Part shown: positions 12,685 to 25,740 of the stretch, piece by piece | Layout: every line of letters starts with the position of its first letter | Position numbering within the stretch: position 1 is the stretch's first letter | NCBI GenBank assembly: GCA_026914245.1 | Contig: CP110439.1 | Location: 1,364,001-1,428,000 of the forward strand | Source of the DNA: Puccinia triticina | Taxonomy: Eukaryota | DNA: 64,000 nt | Direction of reading: 5' to 3' | Made by a program: the position numbers and the translations under genes | The notes under the pieces: generated by a model | What the model saw: the letters and a program-made list of their open reading frames with translations, nothing else | Told to the model about the DNA's origin: nothing | Databases searched by the model: none

Positions 12685-14604
12685 GAAGATTTATGGCGTG
12701 CATGCTCAGTTGTGACTTAGAAGCGCTACCAGGCGCGCCAACCACTTGTACATGTGTAATTATGTAATCAAACTGTGAAAATATTCCCCCAATTTTTCTG
12801 GTGTCCTGTAGTCACATAAGAGACTCAAGCTCACACAACCATAATGGGACTAAGACCGCAATCTACAGCTATACTGTTGCTTGAAAGCCTGCAACTAAGG
12901 ACCGCTAAGTGCTATAGCAAACTTGTTCGAGATATTGCAACTAGAATCACTGAATCACAAGTGCTCATCCTAGTAGGAAGCGCTCATCTTAGTAATTTAT
13001 GTCGAGACAATGAGCCCCCGTCAGAGAAGAGCTCATCTTTGTGACTGAAGGTATGACAGGAAGATGAGCTCCCATAAAAGTCACGGACTAGTCCTAGAGA
13101 CTTAGACATAAAAAGCACAAACTCTTTCTGCTAAGAAATAGGCCAGCATCTTCATCCACCCCGACTCCTGACACCGTACTATCTGTTCCTTGACTCTTAC
13201 CTTGAAAAACCTATACCGTTTCAGAAGCCAGTATCAGATTGAAGTTCTAACCTTCACGACATTTCCCAGTGCGCGCCCTTTCAACGTGTTTCTTTTTGTT
13301 ACTCTAAGGAAGAGTACTTGGGTATTACAAGTGAGTTCCCCTTTCCTTAATTATCTTTCGGAATCTTCCCAGATTCCAGGCGGGGTTATCCCAGCGAACC
13401 ACACCTGTAACTCAGGCCCCCGCTGCTTCAGGCAATCCAAAACACCCCTGCCCTGCAGGCCCTGAAATTCTAAACAGAGGGCACTTAAATACCCTTGACT
13501 TTTTACTAAGTCAAGCCCCTCCGTAATAAAAATATATATAAATTATTTTCTAAAGCTTCCACCGGTGATTAGTATCTACCAATCACCGTACCCTTTTCTA
13601 CCTAACTATCCTCATAAATGATCTTTGCAGCCGGTGTAGCTAGAAGACAGTAGTCTTGGTATCGCCGCCGCTGACAGGAGGGGGGGCGGAGAAGTTGGTG
13701 TATCATTATGGTGTTCAAAATTGAAAAAACTGTGAGTTTGGCTGGGAGATGTCATCATAATTTTATGTACATTGACATTTTCCCAGCCAAAATTTGCTTT
13801 ATACTCTTATTTTAACAATTGAATGTGCAATTTTGAACACCATAATAAAATCATAAACTGCAATTTTGGCTGGGAGGTGACACTTTAAATGTTATGCGCA
13901 CTGGCATCTCCCAGCCAAAATTAGCTTTATGATTTTATGTAAAACAGTGACATATGCAACTTTGAACACCATGCATGAACCCCTCCTGAAACTTAGGAGA
14001 CTGAGGGTTCCTTTTACTACCCTCAAACTATCCTTTATCCCAAACTACTTATTCCCTTCATTGACCAAACCAATCTATTGTCTAGTCTGATTGAGATCTG
14101 TCCCTTTAATCTCATGTGTTTGGCCTACCTGCCCTAGGTCTGGTAGCCAGGGCACCTTGCCCACAGTGGCACACACCCATGAAAATTTTGGGACGCACTC
14201 TGGCGGGCCCCAGACCCTGAGGCATAGGGAGATTTCTGGTGTGTATGTAATGGACTGTGTGCATCGACAGGATGTTGTAGTCCGATTGATGATTGATAGA
14301 CAAGCCAAATCATGCGACAGTTCTATTTTTACAGTACATAATACAACCATGCACACAGTCTTTATTTTATTTCACTGGAAGTTATCTGAAGAATTCTCTA
14401 ATCAATACATACAATCCTTGTTCTTCCTTCTTTCTTTCTTCTGATTCCTTTAGTGAGTCAATCTGTGATTTTATTTATGGATGGATAGCCGAAGAGTAGG
14501 AAAATGCTTTTGATGATGAATGGGTACATAACATAAAGATGCTCTATTTGGTGTGTCTGGCAGCAGGGAATCAGAGCAGGAGGGGTGTTGGATTTTTTTT
14601 TCTG

Positions 14605-15726
14605 TCAGGGGGTAGTAGTTGAATGAGAAGACTGTGAGATCCTGCTGGAGAAGACGCTGGGTTTGACGGCTGCAGCGCGGGCGGATTTGAGGTCAGAGAC
14701 GGCCTTGAGGTTCTGTTTCTGGATGCGATCCTGGAAGGAGCTCGAGTAGAAGCGATGGGTAGGTTGAAGCTGGTGAGGAGAGGGGTCATGGCTGGGGATG
14801 ATGAGGGAGGAGACTCGGAGGGGGGCGGGGGAGGCGCCCAAGTCGACTCGTCCGTTGGTGCCGACGGTCGTGAATTGGATCGCGCGTAGCTTGGACCAGG
14901 CTTCCTGGTCTAATCGGTCGTCGCCGGTGGGCTCGATGAATTTGCGGAACTTGGTCTTCTCCTTCTCCGACGGAAGTTCGGCCCGGTCGTCCGATCCGAC
15001 CAGGGGAAGCACCCTCCAGAGTTGGACGAGGTATAAGCATAGACTGACGCATCCGACGGCGCTGATAAAGATGCCGTTCTTGGTGAACAGGCCGTCGCGT
15101 TCCCACTGCTGCTTGAAAGTGTGCGATTGGCCCTGTTGGTTGTTGAACCAATGGTGATTCGAACCGTCGTCGTGGACACTCGAGTAGAAGCCGGCTCGAG
15201 CGGACTGGTGTCTGTTGATGAACTGTCTCCAGACCGATGAGAGGTTGAAGTGTGGGTCGGCATAGGCAGCCTGATTGGTCCAAGTGGTCGATGTGCTATT
15301 GTTCCGCCAGCTCCGATTGGGTGTTTGAGCTCGACTGTCGTTCCATCCTTCTTGGAAGCGGATGTACCTTTGTCTCCTGCTGGGCGAGCTCAGCAGTTCG
15401 TAGGCATCCCTGATCAACTTGAACCTCCTCGTGATTTCATCTTCCCGCAGAGCGCTCGACGGAGGATTGTTACTCTTTGAGGTAGCTACGTCGGGGTGGT
15501 AAACCTTGACGAGCTCGTAATAGCGCTCCTTGATTTGGCTGGTCGAGGCAGAGCGGGGAAGATGGAAGATCTCGAAGGGGCTGGGAGAGCGGGAACTGGG
15601 GAACTCGAAGGAGGTCGATGAGGAGGACGAAGAAGAGGCAGAGGCATAGGATGCTGCGAGCGGGTTTCGATTGGAGGATGGATTGGTAAGCGAGGGCCTG
15701 AGACGACGAAGTTTCTGGTTGATCAT
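14605..15726 (-). CDS. J-domain (DnaJ/Hsp40 class III) protein, Jid1-like, probably mitochondrial membrane-anchored
   Basis: J domain PFEIFHLPRSASTSQIKERYYELVKVYHPD...RRFKLIRDAYELLSSPSRRQRY with the HPD motif. Arg/Ser-rich N-terminus from the first ATG (15726) resembles a presequence. One hydrophobic segment (GIFISAVGCVSLCLYLVQLW). Single exon, CpG intact. Confidence 0.85.
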   Translation of the reverse strand: MINQKLRRLRPSLTNPSSNRNPLAASYASASSSSSSSTSFEFPSSRSPSPFEIFHLPRSASTSQIKERYYELVKVYHPDVATSKSNNPPSSALREDEITRRFKLIRDAYELLSSPSRRQRYIRFQEGWNDSRAQTPNRSWRNNSTSTTWTNQAAYADPHFNLSSVWRQFINRHQSARAGFYSSVHDDGSNHHWFNNQQGQSHTFKQQWERDGLFTKNGIFISAVGCVSLCLYLVQLWRVLPLVGSDDRAELPSEKEKTKFRKFIEPTGDDRLDQEAWSKLRAIQFTTVGTNGRVDLGASPAPLRVSSLIIPSHDPSPHQLQPTHRFYSSSFQDRIQKQNLKAVSDLKSARAAAVKPSVFSSRISQSSHSTTTP

Positions 15727-16328
15727 GAGAGCTGAAGAAGTGAGTATGTGGTGCAGCTGCAAGTGGTTTTCTGAGTCGGTGAAGCTGAATGGCAATCGAT
15801 GTTTGATGGGCGTCAAGTCGTTTACATAGCAGTCTGGGTCTCCTTGGTGGTCGTCAGCGATGTACTTGACTCTTGATCGTTGGTGCGCAAGCCCGGGGTT
15901 TTATTTTTCCGGAATAAACGAGGCTTCCGATCGGTGTGTCTGAATGGTGTCGATGAGTGTTGGCAGTGTTGTGTTGAGGGCCGAGGTGCGGATGAGAGTG
16001 GAGATATGTTGTATCGTTTCTTCGACGTCGAAGGTTGACAGGGGTCCATCTGCGCGCAGTCCAGGGGGCTTGGAAGCTGCCCTGCCGCAGCCAAGCCCCC
16101 TCCAATGCCGACACGCCAGCCACCGGCCGAATTGGTGCGCCGGATTGGCCCTCTGGAGATAGCTGCAGCAAGATTCCAGTGGCCATTGTGTGGGCTGTGT
16201 GTTTATGTAAGAACAAAAGGCTGTCCGCTTCTTGCCTAAACTGCCAGTTTCCGAAACCCAGAGCAAGATACATATTTTTCCACTGTGTGTAAGAGGGGAG
16301 AAGTTGGTTGCTGATTGGAAATACCGCC
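15727..16328. promoter_or_regulatory. Probable bidirectional promoter between the J-protein and Rad60-like genes
   Basis: 602 bp separate the divergent start codons. The interval is CpG-rich and free of recognisable TEs. Confidence 0.55.
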
Positions 16329-19300
16329 ATGGCCAAAGGAAAGAGCAGTTAAGAACCTCCATCGCATCCCCTCTGCTCAGAACACCCACCCTCTGCTGAA
16401 AGTGGAACCTTCTTTTTTTTGGCAGGCCAACCAACAACGACCCAGCGGAGGACATCAACGAGACTCGCCCAGAAGAATGGCCCAAACTGCCAGCCCAGCG
16501 AACCCCTGCTAGCAGAACTGCCGGCAAAGAAGAAAACAAGCAAGACCCAGAGAGCCGCCCCACCCCAGAAAAAGGCCATCCCCAAGCACACAAACAGCCC
16601 CCCAGCACAGATGGATCCAGCCACACATCACCCGGACTCGAACTGCCAGACCAGCCGAAACTGGGAACAGAGCGAGAGCGGCCCCCAGGGCGGAGATCCC
16701 CACTTGCTGGCGGCCACCACAAACGAAACGAACTCGCTCTCAGAAATCACCAACCAGCTAGAGACCAGCAACACGAACCAGGCCCCAGAAATCAACAATC
16801 ATCAGAGCATGGCCACCAATTCTCACCATGGAAATAGTCATCTGCAGCAAGAGCGCCACCACCCAACAGAGCTTAACCCTGCGATGGACCTGACCAGCAA
16901 TGCGCAAGTCGCTAATCAGCACCCAGCAGAAATCGCTGGCCAGAAAGATGTGCAAGCAAACGGTGTGCAGGGGCACGTAGCTGGAAGTGTCGATCAATCA
17001 GACCCCCACGGCCAATCAGTTTCAAACGGGATAGTCGATACCAATCGGACGGACACTCGGCCGGAGGATAATACCCACGCAGGTCCCAAGGAGACGCACA
17101 TCGATCAACAAGTCAATACCAATAATGCCCCGGAAGCCGAGACGACCCGCGCACCCTTCTCGCCCTCGCCCAGTCCGATCCCCCAACGGCGTGCCAAACG
17201 ACCAGCCCCACGGCCATCATCACCCTCACCAGCGCTGCCAGCACCCGCGACGCCGCCCCACAAGCGGGCCAACTTTTCACCCGAGTCCTCGGCCAGTCCG
17301 ATCCCCGTCAGACGCTCCCTCACCCGCCGGCCGGCCTCCATCGTCCCTGGGCCCAGCCGACCGGCCTCCCGACCCGCCTCGCCACCCGACCATCACCCTA
17401 GCCAGTCCCCCTCCAAACGCTCCAGGCAGTCTTCCCGCTTGCCCTCCACTGCCCTCAACTCCCCCCACCTCCATCCCAAACCGGAGATCGGAGCCTCGCC
17501 ATCTGCTTCTCAGGGCCACCCCTCTAGACCTCCCAGCCAAGACAAACCCAAAACGGCTGCGAAACCTGCTTCCACCGCGCCTCCCCCTCCTAAACCGACT
17601 CGGAGACCTCAACGCCCAATCAAAAGAGTCTCTACCCAACCTGCGAACGATCCGAATCCGGAGGATGGTAAGCTTGGCCCTGCGAACACTCCTATTCCGG
17701 AAGATGTTAATTCTCATACATTACAATCGCTTTCAGATTTTTTCAACTTGTCGAACCGTAAACAGATCCACTTCGTCTCGAAAACGCTCGGCTTGAACAC
17801 GGCTTCTCCAGCACCCAGCAGTGAGTTCGAAGTCAAAAACAAAACAGTTCATAGTTATATCGATCGACTCTAATCCCGTTTTTGGATAACAACCGGTCTT
17901 GTTTTGGTTTCAGATCCATCGACATCGAAATCGCCGACCCGGGCTAGCGTCGACCCACCGCAAAAGAACGTCAACCTCGTCGACCTCAGTGGCGACGAAA
18001 ACTCGGACGAGGTCGATCCTGACAGCGACGATATGTCTGAAGAAGATAAAAAGGCTAAGAAGAATAATTCTTCGCGTGCCCTCCCCGATTGGACTAAAGC
18101 TCCCAAAATCCTTCCACTCGACAGGTATTTTTTTTCTTGGCTACTCCTCTCGACTCAAGTTGTCAGACACCTTCGCGATGAATTTGTTAATTGAAGATGT
18201 TTTTTCCGAATTGGTAATGATAGCTCATCGGATGAAGAAATTGAAGGCTCAGGCCATCCGAACGGGAACGGAAAACAAGCGCAACATCGGTCTGGCCAGA
18301 AGCCAGGAAAAGGGGGGAAGCAGGCAGACACGAGTGTGCCGGAGCCCGCGAAATCGAGATCGCCCACACCGCCGCCGCAGCAGGACGAAGAGGCGATGCG
18401 AAAGGCGATGAAATCGCTGTACAAGACTCTCACCCATCAAGACCACGTCTCATCGCTCCAGAAGCAGACCTTAGAGGCCGCCCGAAAGCTCGAAGAGGCC
18501 CGGTTGATCCAAACCTTGAACGGATTGGACGATCCGATGGTCCCCGCTACTTACACTACCGTCGTTGCGCGTAACCAGAACCGCCCCCAAGGCTCGAATC
18601 AGCCCGCTAATCGTAGCCTTGGTGCTATGATCACCCTGACTATCAATATGGTGATGGACCCCCGGGTCGCTGCCAACGCAACTCAACAGGCCAAGGACCA
18701 TTTCGAACGGCCGACCACTTTCAACATGCAATCGGTATGTGATCGCGCTTTTTCTCCTTTTGTGTGATTCTAATTCTGCAGCCTATCCCCATCCCTCATG
18801 CCTCTCTCGGTCGATCACACGCACGCAGGGAGAAAAGTTCGACGTCATCTATCAGAGGTTCCACGAGCTCACCGGCCTGCCCGCCCACCAATTGGTCGTC
18901 TCTTATGACCACATCAAACTCTCACCCTTCGTGACCCCCGAATCGGTCAGGATATACGGAAATACGGCTCTAAGTCAGTGATCGATTTCGTTTTCTGGTC
19001 GCAGCAGACGCCATTTCTGACGATATTCTTACTGACGGTTATAAACAAATCTCGTGTGGGGAATGGTTTTGTAGAAGTGTACGAGAGCAGCGCGTGGGAA
19101 TATGTGACCTCTTTACGACGACAACGTGCTCATATACCCAGTCAACCAAACGAAGAGGAGCTCCTACGTGAGGAGTTGAAGAACCTGCCGCTGGTCAGCC
19201 AGGATGAACAAGGTTCGATCGAGGCGGCTGGAGTGAGCGGTGAGACGCAAGATGTGGAGATGGCCTCGCCGGAGCCGGCAGCGGCAGGCCTGCTCAACCT

Positions 19301-19532
19301 GACTGTCCGGACTAAGGACAAGAGCAGGGTCGAGCTCAGCGTCAAGCCCACCACTACCATCCGCTCCATCGTCAAAAACACCCTCATCGAACTCGATCAT
19401 CCCCTCCAGTCTCAGCCCCCGGACCCCAAGAAATTCAAGATCCACTTCGACGGGCAGGACCTTCCCTTCTCTTCTACTGTCGCTGATCACGATCTTGAAG
19501 ATGACGACGTAATCGACTTGTCCTTCCTATGA
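16329..19532 (+). CDS. rad60: Rad60/Esc2/NIP45-like protein with two C-terminal SUMO-like domains; exons 16329-16347, 16426-17667, 17914-18124, 18224-18734, 18829-18973, 19075-19532
   Basis: Strong start context CCGCCATGG. All five GT-AG introns join in phase. A long low-complexity N-terminus precedes SLD1 (..TTFNMQSGEKFDVIYQRF..LVVSYDHIKLSPFVTPESVRI..) and SLD2 (LNLTVRTKD..VKPTTTIRSIV..KIHFDGQDLPFSSTVADHDLEDDDVIDL), with no C-terminal GG. Confidence 0.8.
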
Positions 19533-19961
19533 GCTTTTCTTCCTTCTTTTCTTTTCTATACGGCAGTAAACCGGATCAACTTCTTTCTCTATCTCTCTTC
19601 ATTCATATATCTAATCCATCTGCACATCGAAAACAAAACAACAAAACGAGTGAATATAGATATGACTTGTGTATATACATCTGCCGTTGTACGCGCAAAG
19701 ATTGCTTACCAGCTGTCCAATCATTTTTTTCTGCCAACAATACACATTGTTTCTCGAGGGCGACATTGCTTGGCTGTAGCCTGTGAAGAAGCTGAAGAGA
19801 CCTTGGCGAAGCCGTGAAGTAAGCCTCCGTCAGGCGTGAGGTCCCGGAGTCGAGTAAGCTGGGCACGTGTGGGATATGTACAGCAAAAGCGAAAAAGCTT
19901 GCGGGTGCGGGAGGCTGAAGATTGCCTTCTGCATATCAGCCACACACCTGTACAGCTCCAC

Positions 19962-20091
19962 TGGAGCACTTCCCGTCAATCTGGGAACGCCTTCCAGACC
20001 CAGATCTGAGCCAAATTTCGCAGGGAAATTTAGGCTTTGAGACTCTGGGAGGCTCTCAGATTGCTCCCAGATTGTGACGGGAAGTCCTCCA
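19962..20091. mobile_element. Small hairpin MITE-like element
   Basis: TGGAGCACTTCCCGTCAATCTGGGA ... TCCCAGATTGTGACGGGAAGTCCTCCA. Related ends occur at ~28071-28212. Confidence 0.6.
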
Positions 20092-21660
20092 CTTTACAGG
20101 ATGTCACATCGCCTCCGGGCGCGAGCTTAACTAAAGCCACTCGTGGTGAGCGGGTCTGGGCGGCAGCCCAGCCTCACCAGAGAGGCTTATGAACTAAAAC
20201 ACAAAGCTCGCGTGTGCCAAGCGTGATATAGAGGCCACTCTTTCTCTCCTAGTTTCTAAGCCACTCATCAGAATTTTTTCTTTTTTTGTTTATCTGACAG
20301 CTTACCATCTTCTTCATTTTTCAGTATTTTTTTATTGCTGGACTCTCACCCCTTCACATTTGAAACTTGACAACAAGAAGTAGTATGACTGCGCATGGTC
20401 CTTGCCCTATGGAGCGCAAGCCAAATCCAAGTTTGAAATCATGAACTTCAATAATTTCTTTCCAGTAGAAACAATCAAGATTTTGCACTAAAAAAAATAC
20501 TGAAAAATCCAGAACATGTAGAACTATGATGTATTAAAAACTAGAAAGATGATGTTGAGTGTTGAGAGTGTGGTGATGCAAATAAGGCTGCTCCCAGCCA
20601 AACCTTGGAATTGGCTCAGGCAAGAAAAGTTTTTTAGTATGCAAGGCCCTCCCTCTGGTTGGGGTCGCTTTGCAACCAGCCAAATGCTGCACGCCCGCAC
20701 GGAGGCTGGGACTTGTGTTAAGGTTGCTCCGGGCAACTGGTTGAGCCTGAGTTGCGTGTCGGGCCGACTATTGGGTGGGGCAGATAGTCCTGGCAAAGTG
20801 GCCGATGGGGGTAAAATTGCACCAGGATTCCAATGGTGCATGTTGAATAATCGCCATAACTGAGTGACACTTCTGCAAAAGGCTCACAAAGATCTGACTA
20901 AGCAGAAAATACTTTCTGTCAATTGGCTCATCCGCTCATCAGTTGGATCCGTGAATCCATCCTTTGATTCACTTCAGTCGTTGCTCCTCCCCTTGCTTCT
21001 TCCTCACTCCTCTCCCTTTCCTTAAGAAAGTCTCTTCTGCCAACATTTCACCTCCACACAATCTCCTCTGTCTTGACCTTGTTCAAGACCTGTCTTGACA
21101 TCGCTCAAGACTCCTCATACGCTCTCGACCTCGCTTGGGAACTTGTCCTCATCTCAGATTGGCTCCTTCTCCAATTTGGTGAGAATCAAACACCATCCTT
21201 GGTCATCATATCACTTCCCTTGGCTGATCTCTCTTCTTTTTACATCTTATCTTTTCTGTTTAAGTGTTCTTGTTCACCCTTCTCACCACCCCCAAAAGGA
21301 AGGCAATGTGCACACATTGCCATGTTCAATAAATTGTTGATACCAAGGTATATCACACAGCCAACCTAGGTATTACAGAATATCAACCTTGTTGTTCCAG
21401 AAGTTTTTTACAGAAGTTTAACCCTCTTACAGGAGTTTAATTCAGTTGTCACAGAAGTTAAACCCATGTAATAAAAAATTCAAGAAGAAATTTCAACTGA
21501 TAATTTTAATGAAAATATTTTTTGGTGTGGTTTAAAACTCATGCCCTGGAGTACCCTGTCATTGGTTTAAATTCCTTTGAAAGTGCATTATTGCCGCATA
21601 TGTAGGAACCTATCTGCAGGGGTTATCATTCTGAAATCTCCATTTAGTTGTTGTATTTTA

Positions 21661-22117
21661 CAAGGGTGAAAGCGCTGCGCTTCAAAAAGCGCAGCGCAGC
21701 GTGAAGCGCAGCGGTTTTGGTGGCCGCTGCGCTGCGCTGAAAGTAGCGGCCCCGCCCGCTGCGCTACCGCTTTTTGGGTCTGGCAAGAAGCGGGGACCCG
21801 CTACTTTCAGCGGTAGCGCAGCGGAACCATCGCTGCGCTACCGCTTTTTGAGCTGGCCGCGTAGCGCTGCCCCGCTGCCAGTCAAAAAAGCGCAGCGCAG
21901 CGCAGAGCGCAGCTGTTTTGGTGGCCGCTGCGCGGCGCTGAAAGGAGCGGCCCCGCCCGCTGCGCTACCGCTTTTTGCGTTGGGGAAAAAGCGGGCCCCC
22001 GCTATTTTCAGCGGTAGCGCAGCGGGACTGGCGCTGCGCTACCTCTTTTTGGGCTGACCGCGCAGCGGTTCCCCGCTGCGCTGCGCTAAAAGACCGCTTT
22101 TTTTTGTTTCAGCCTTG
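21661..22117. mobile_element. CpG-rich MITE, termini CAAGG...CCTTG, 7-bp TSD TATTTTA (P-superfamily-like)
   Basis: TIR CAAGGGTGAAA / TTTCAGCCTTG. TATTTTA at 21654-21660 and 22118-22124. The interior is a ~200-bp unit present twice, built from GCGCAGC/GCTGCGC motifs. Confidence 0.75.
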
Positions 22118-22844
22118 TATTTTAGCCAAATGGAGGTACAATAAAAGATTTGAGAACACAGTTCATATATATCTGTGTAATAGTCTTCAATTTTCCTTGT
22201 ATTGAACATAAAATTGTTAATCATATGTTTTCTCAAATCAGTTTCACTGCTTAGTTGTTGTTTTTCTATGATAAGTTCATTTTCTCTTTCAAATTGAATA
22301 AATAATTTTGTGTAAAAAATGGTTGAAACAGGCCAGGTGACTTTGGAAAATCGTCAGTCACATTAAAGATGGTGGAAGTTCAAAATCATTTGGGTGGAGG
22401 TTGCAGCGCTGCAACCCCTACCCAATCCCAGTAGGTATTAGCCTGTCCCATCCAGGAGGGTATGGGTCGCCAGACGCCTTGGCTACACTTCCGGGCGCGC
22501 TGCAACCCTGCAACATGTACCAGGGCTTAACGGGTATATCCTGTCCCTTCCCGGTGGGTTTGGGTCACAGGACAGCCCTAAAACGGCCGGGTACCCCGCG
22601 AGTTCCAGCCTAGGTGCACATCTACCCTAAAAGCAACTTTGGACAATCGTCCAAATTCACCTGGCCTTGATTTGGCCTCCCTGACAAAGTACAAACTCCG
22701 TTTTGATTCAAAAGGAGGTATGACCTTCATTTGGACCTCCATCAAATGGAGGTTGTACACCCATCAAATGGAGGTTGTACACCCATCAAATTAGGTTGTA
22801 CACCCATTGGTTGGAAGTACAACCATCTTTTCATCAGACATTGC

Positions 22845-23469
22845 ATTCACATCCAATTTTTGACTACGCGCACGCCAAAAAGCGTAGACAGTTATGTACA
22901 CCATTATTTTTTGGCGGGCAGGGACACATACACCCAGATACCCGGTCCTTGGTCCCGTACGCCTGCATAATTGGCGTACAGGACTGGGGACACCAATTCC
23001 CCAAAGTCCAGCTCTACGAGAGGAATACATACCTCTCGGCGAGATTTACTTTGACCAGCTCGCCGAGAGGAATACACACCTCTCAAAGAGATGGACTTTG
23101 AACAGCTAGCCGCGAGGAATACAAAACTCTTGGTGAGATGGATTTGTACCAGCTCGCCGAGAAGAATACATCCCTCTTGGCGAGCTGGGCTTTGACCAGC
23201 TTGCCCAGAAGAATACCCTTAGCAATCTGGTTTACAAATTCAGCTCTCCAGGAGGTATGTATTCTTCCTGGCGAGCTGGTACAAATCCATTTTGCCTAGA
23301 GATATTTATTTCTCCCATCAAGCTGGAATTTGAACAGCTTGCCAGGGTCAATTGGCTGGGGTTTCTTGGTGTACTTCTCCCTGCACGCCAAAAAACAATT
23401 GCATACACACCTGTGTCTGCCTTTTTGGCATGCATGTAGTAAAAATTTGGTGTGCACTTAGCATGACCC
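22845..23469. mobile_element. Non-autonomous Mutator-like (MULE) derivative with internal palindromic repeats
   Basis: Right end (reverse complement GGGTCATGCTAAGTGCACACCAAATTTTTACTACATGCATGCC) resembles the MULE TIR at 35803. A decayed left TIR lies at ~22850. Internal ACCAGCTCGCCGAGAGGAATAC..CTCTCGGCGAG units. Confidence 0.65.
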
Positions 23470-23721
23470 AAAAGAAAAATAAAAGAGAAAAGGAGATTTA
23501 GAACTCTATTCCAACTTCCCTTCCACAGGGGGAAGTAGAGTTCCGACTCACAAGAAGCTGCAAGACCCACATTCAAAATTTTAGATGCGCCAAGGCAGTG
23601 TTAGCAACCTCCTGGGAGCCAGAATCCTAATTCTAGTGAGCTTTTATGTAAAGCCACAAATAATTACACATCTTATTATAAACTGCACACCTTTGGGTTT
23701 TTTCAAGGTAGAAGGTAGGAA

Positions 23722-24233
23722 CAACACTGGGTCGCTACGCTAACCATAGCGGTTAGCGTAGCGTAGCGCAGCGCAAATGCGCTATTTTTTAGCGTAGCGT
23801 TAGCGCAATTGCACACATATGCGCTAACGCTACGCGCACGCGGTGCGCAGCTATTTTAGCTGATAGCGTAGCGTTAGCGCAGATGCGCGCAATTGCGCTA
23901 ACGCTAAACATGTAGGGCGCAAAAGAGCGCGCGCTACGCTGCGCTACAGCGCCTTTAGCGGGAAAAAAGGGCTTTTTTTCCGCTAAAAGCGCTGTAGCGC
24001 AGCGCAGCGTAGCGTAGCGACTGTAGCGGCGCGCTAACGCTAACAAAGAATTGGCGCGCTGTTAGCGCCGCTGAAAATTAGCGCAGCGTAGCGGCGCTAA
24101 CAGCGCGCTAACGCTATGCAAGATAGATGGGCGCTTTTTGCCGCTACGCTAACGCGTAGCGCTGAAATAGCGTAGCGTAGCGTAGCGTAGCGTAGCGTAG
24201 CGTAGCGTAGCGTAGCGTAGCGACCCAGTGTTG
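23722..24233. mobile_element. CpG-rich MITE with perfect TIRs CAACACTGGGTCGCTACGCTA, 7-bp TSD GTAGGAA
   Basis: TIRs at 23722 and 24233. GTAGGAA at 23715-23721 and 24234-24240. The interior consists almost entirely of TAGCG/CGCTA motifs, including a (TAGCG)n run at ~24168-24222. Confidence 0.85.
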
Positions 24234-24808
24234 GTAGGAAGAAGCATATATGATCTTTTTAGGTTCAAAGTTGAGAACATATAAGAAACATATACAACAA
24301 AAGTTTCAGCATTATTTGCTCTGTTTACAGCTGTTGTTATATATATATTTCAGCATGGCAATGTGCACTCATTGCCTTCTTTTTTTGGGCGGTGTCTCTC
24401 ATCACGTCCCTTGTCCTCTGGTTGTCTCTGTATTTCCTGTTCTGTGTGGTGGTAAATCCTTTCTCTATCTTCCTCCTGTCTTCCTTTCCTCTGTCTCATT
24501 GTCTAATTCCTTTCTTTCAGTCTGGTTCTTTGTTTAGCAATACAGATCAATATCTTCACAGTGCAACCCTCAATACCCCAATGTCAATAATGAAGGAAAT
24601 AGCATTTTTCTTCAAATGATATTCCTGTATGCAGCTTGACATACAGGAACTATACAGGCTTGAATGGCAGTGGCTGAGATTCCAAAATTGGGCCTGCCAT
24701 ACCGCAAGCTTTTTTGCTTTTGCTGTATGTACCGTCCCTGTCTGGACCCTCCTGTTGACAGCCGTGGCTTCACCGGTATGATGGACAAAAGTGGTCACTA
24801 CATAGAAA

Positions 24809-25740
24809 TGTCAGGACCCCGCCGCTCCAAGATGATTCCCAGGTAAAGTCAGGTGATCTGGAGAAACTCTGCTCCACAGCTCCGCCGCGTTGTAGGGCTC
24901 TGAGTGGGATAAATAAAGTAAAGCACATTGTGGTGGACAATCTGGTGCACGCGTAGGATCAAGCTTTTTTGCCGCGCATGGCGCGCGCCGGAGGACGTCA
25001 AGATTCAAGGCATCAAGACCTCAAGTTTTATACCTCAAGGCTTTCTCAAGTTTCAATGGCGCGGCGTGGCGCGCATCCTCAAGGCGTCTCAGGTTTCTCT
25101 TCCTTTCTTTCTTTCCTTTTGTTTCTGTTCTCCTAGTTCTATTTTTCTTTCATCATGTTTGTTAATTTCTTTTCTTATATGCGCGCCTTGATTAGGTTTT
25201 GGATGAGGAGGGTTGGTTTTTGTCTTGTTTCATTTTGTTTTGTCTTGTGTCTGCGGTTTTGTTTGTTGTAGCGCGCGCGTGCGCGCTAGGTTGTGATGAG
25301 ATGTCTGCTACATGTCACCAACTCCAAGGTTTGAGTTCAGTTCGAACTCAGGCTTTGGAGCGGCATGGACCCACTCTGAACCATAAAATTCAGTCTTCCA
25401 TCAAAGTTCAAAGTTAGTTATAAGCATTGGCGCTTTTCGCCCGTATTGCGAGTATCACACGTCTTCAAGGTTTATTTTCCCCGCAACACCAATCTCCTCC
25501 ACTTCTCTGGTTTAGATCACATCCCGCCGGCAGTATCCCCGGCTCCATTCTCAAAACAAACCCGCCGACGCGCATCTCCAGCCGTTGTAAAATCAATCCC
25601 CCCCCAACGCTACACGAATCTCAGCGCTCTTTTACGGCCAATAACCCCGGAGGGCAAACGCTTCTTAGGTTTCCTTTTTTCTCATTCCCCTCCGCCAACT
25701 GCTTCCGGCTTAGCACCAGCAAGAGTTCCTTGTAGTAGTG
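24809..25740 (-). mobile_element. Copia-related leader/LTR remnant
   Basis: Colinear motifs shared with 46600-47500 (ATCAAGAC(C)TCAAGTTTTA; CT-rich tract; GCGCG..TGTGATGA.ATGT..ACATGTC; AGTTCAG.TCGAACT; AGATCACATC). Boundaries unresolved. Confidence 0.5.

Noticed and set aside
12451..13676. Possible solo LTR with TGTCAGC...GCTGACA ends
   Set aside because: The flanks (CAACC / GGAGG) are not a TSD. Probably LTR-derived, but the boundaries are unsupported.
14786..17796. Many overlapping alternative-frame and antisense ORFs
   Set aside because: These are shadows of the two GC-rich real genes and have no domains.
20102..20228. Possible tiny solo LTR (TGTCAC...GTGATA)
   Set aside because: No TSD and no second copy in the window.
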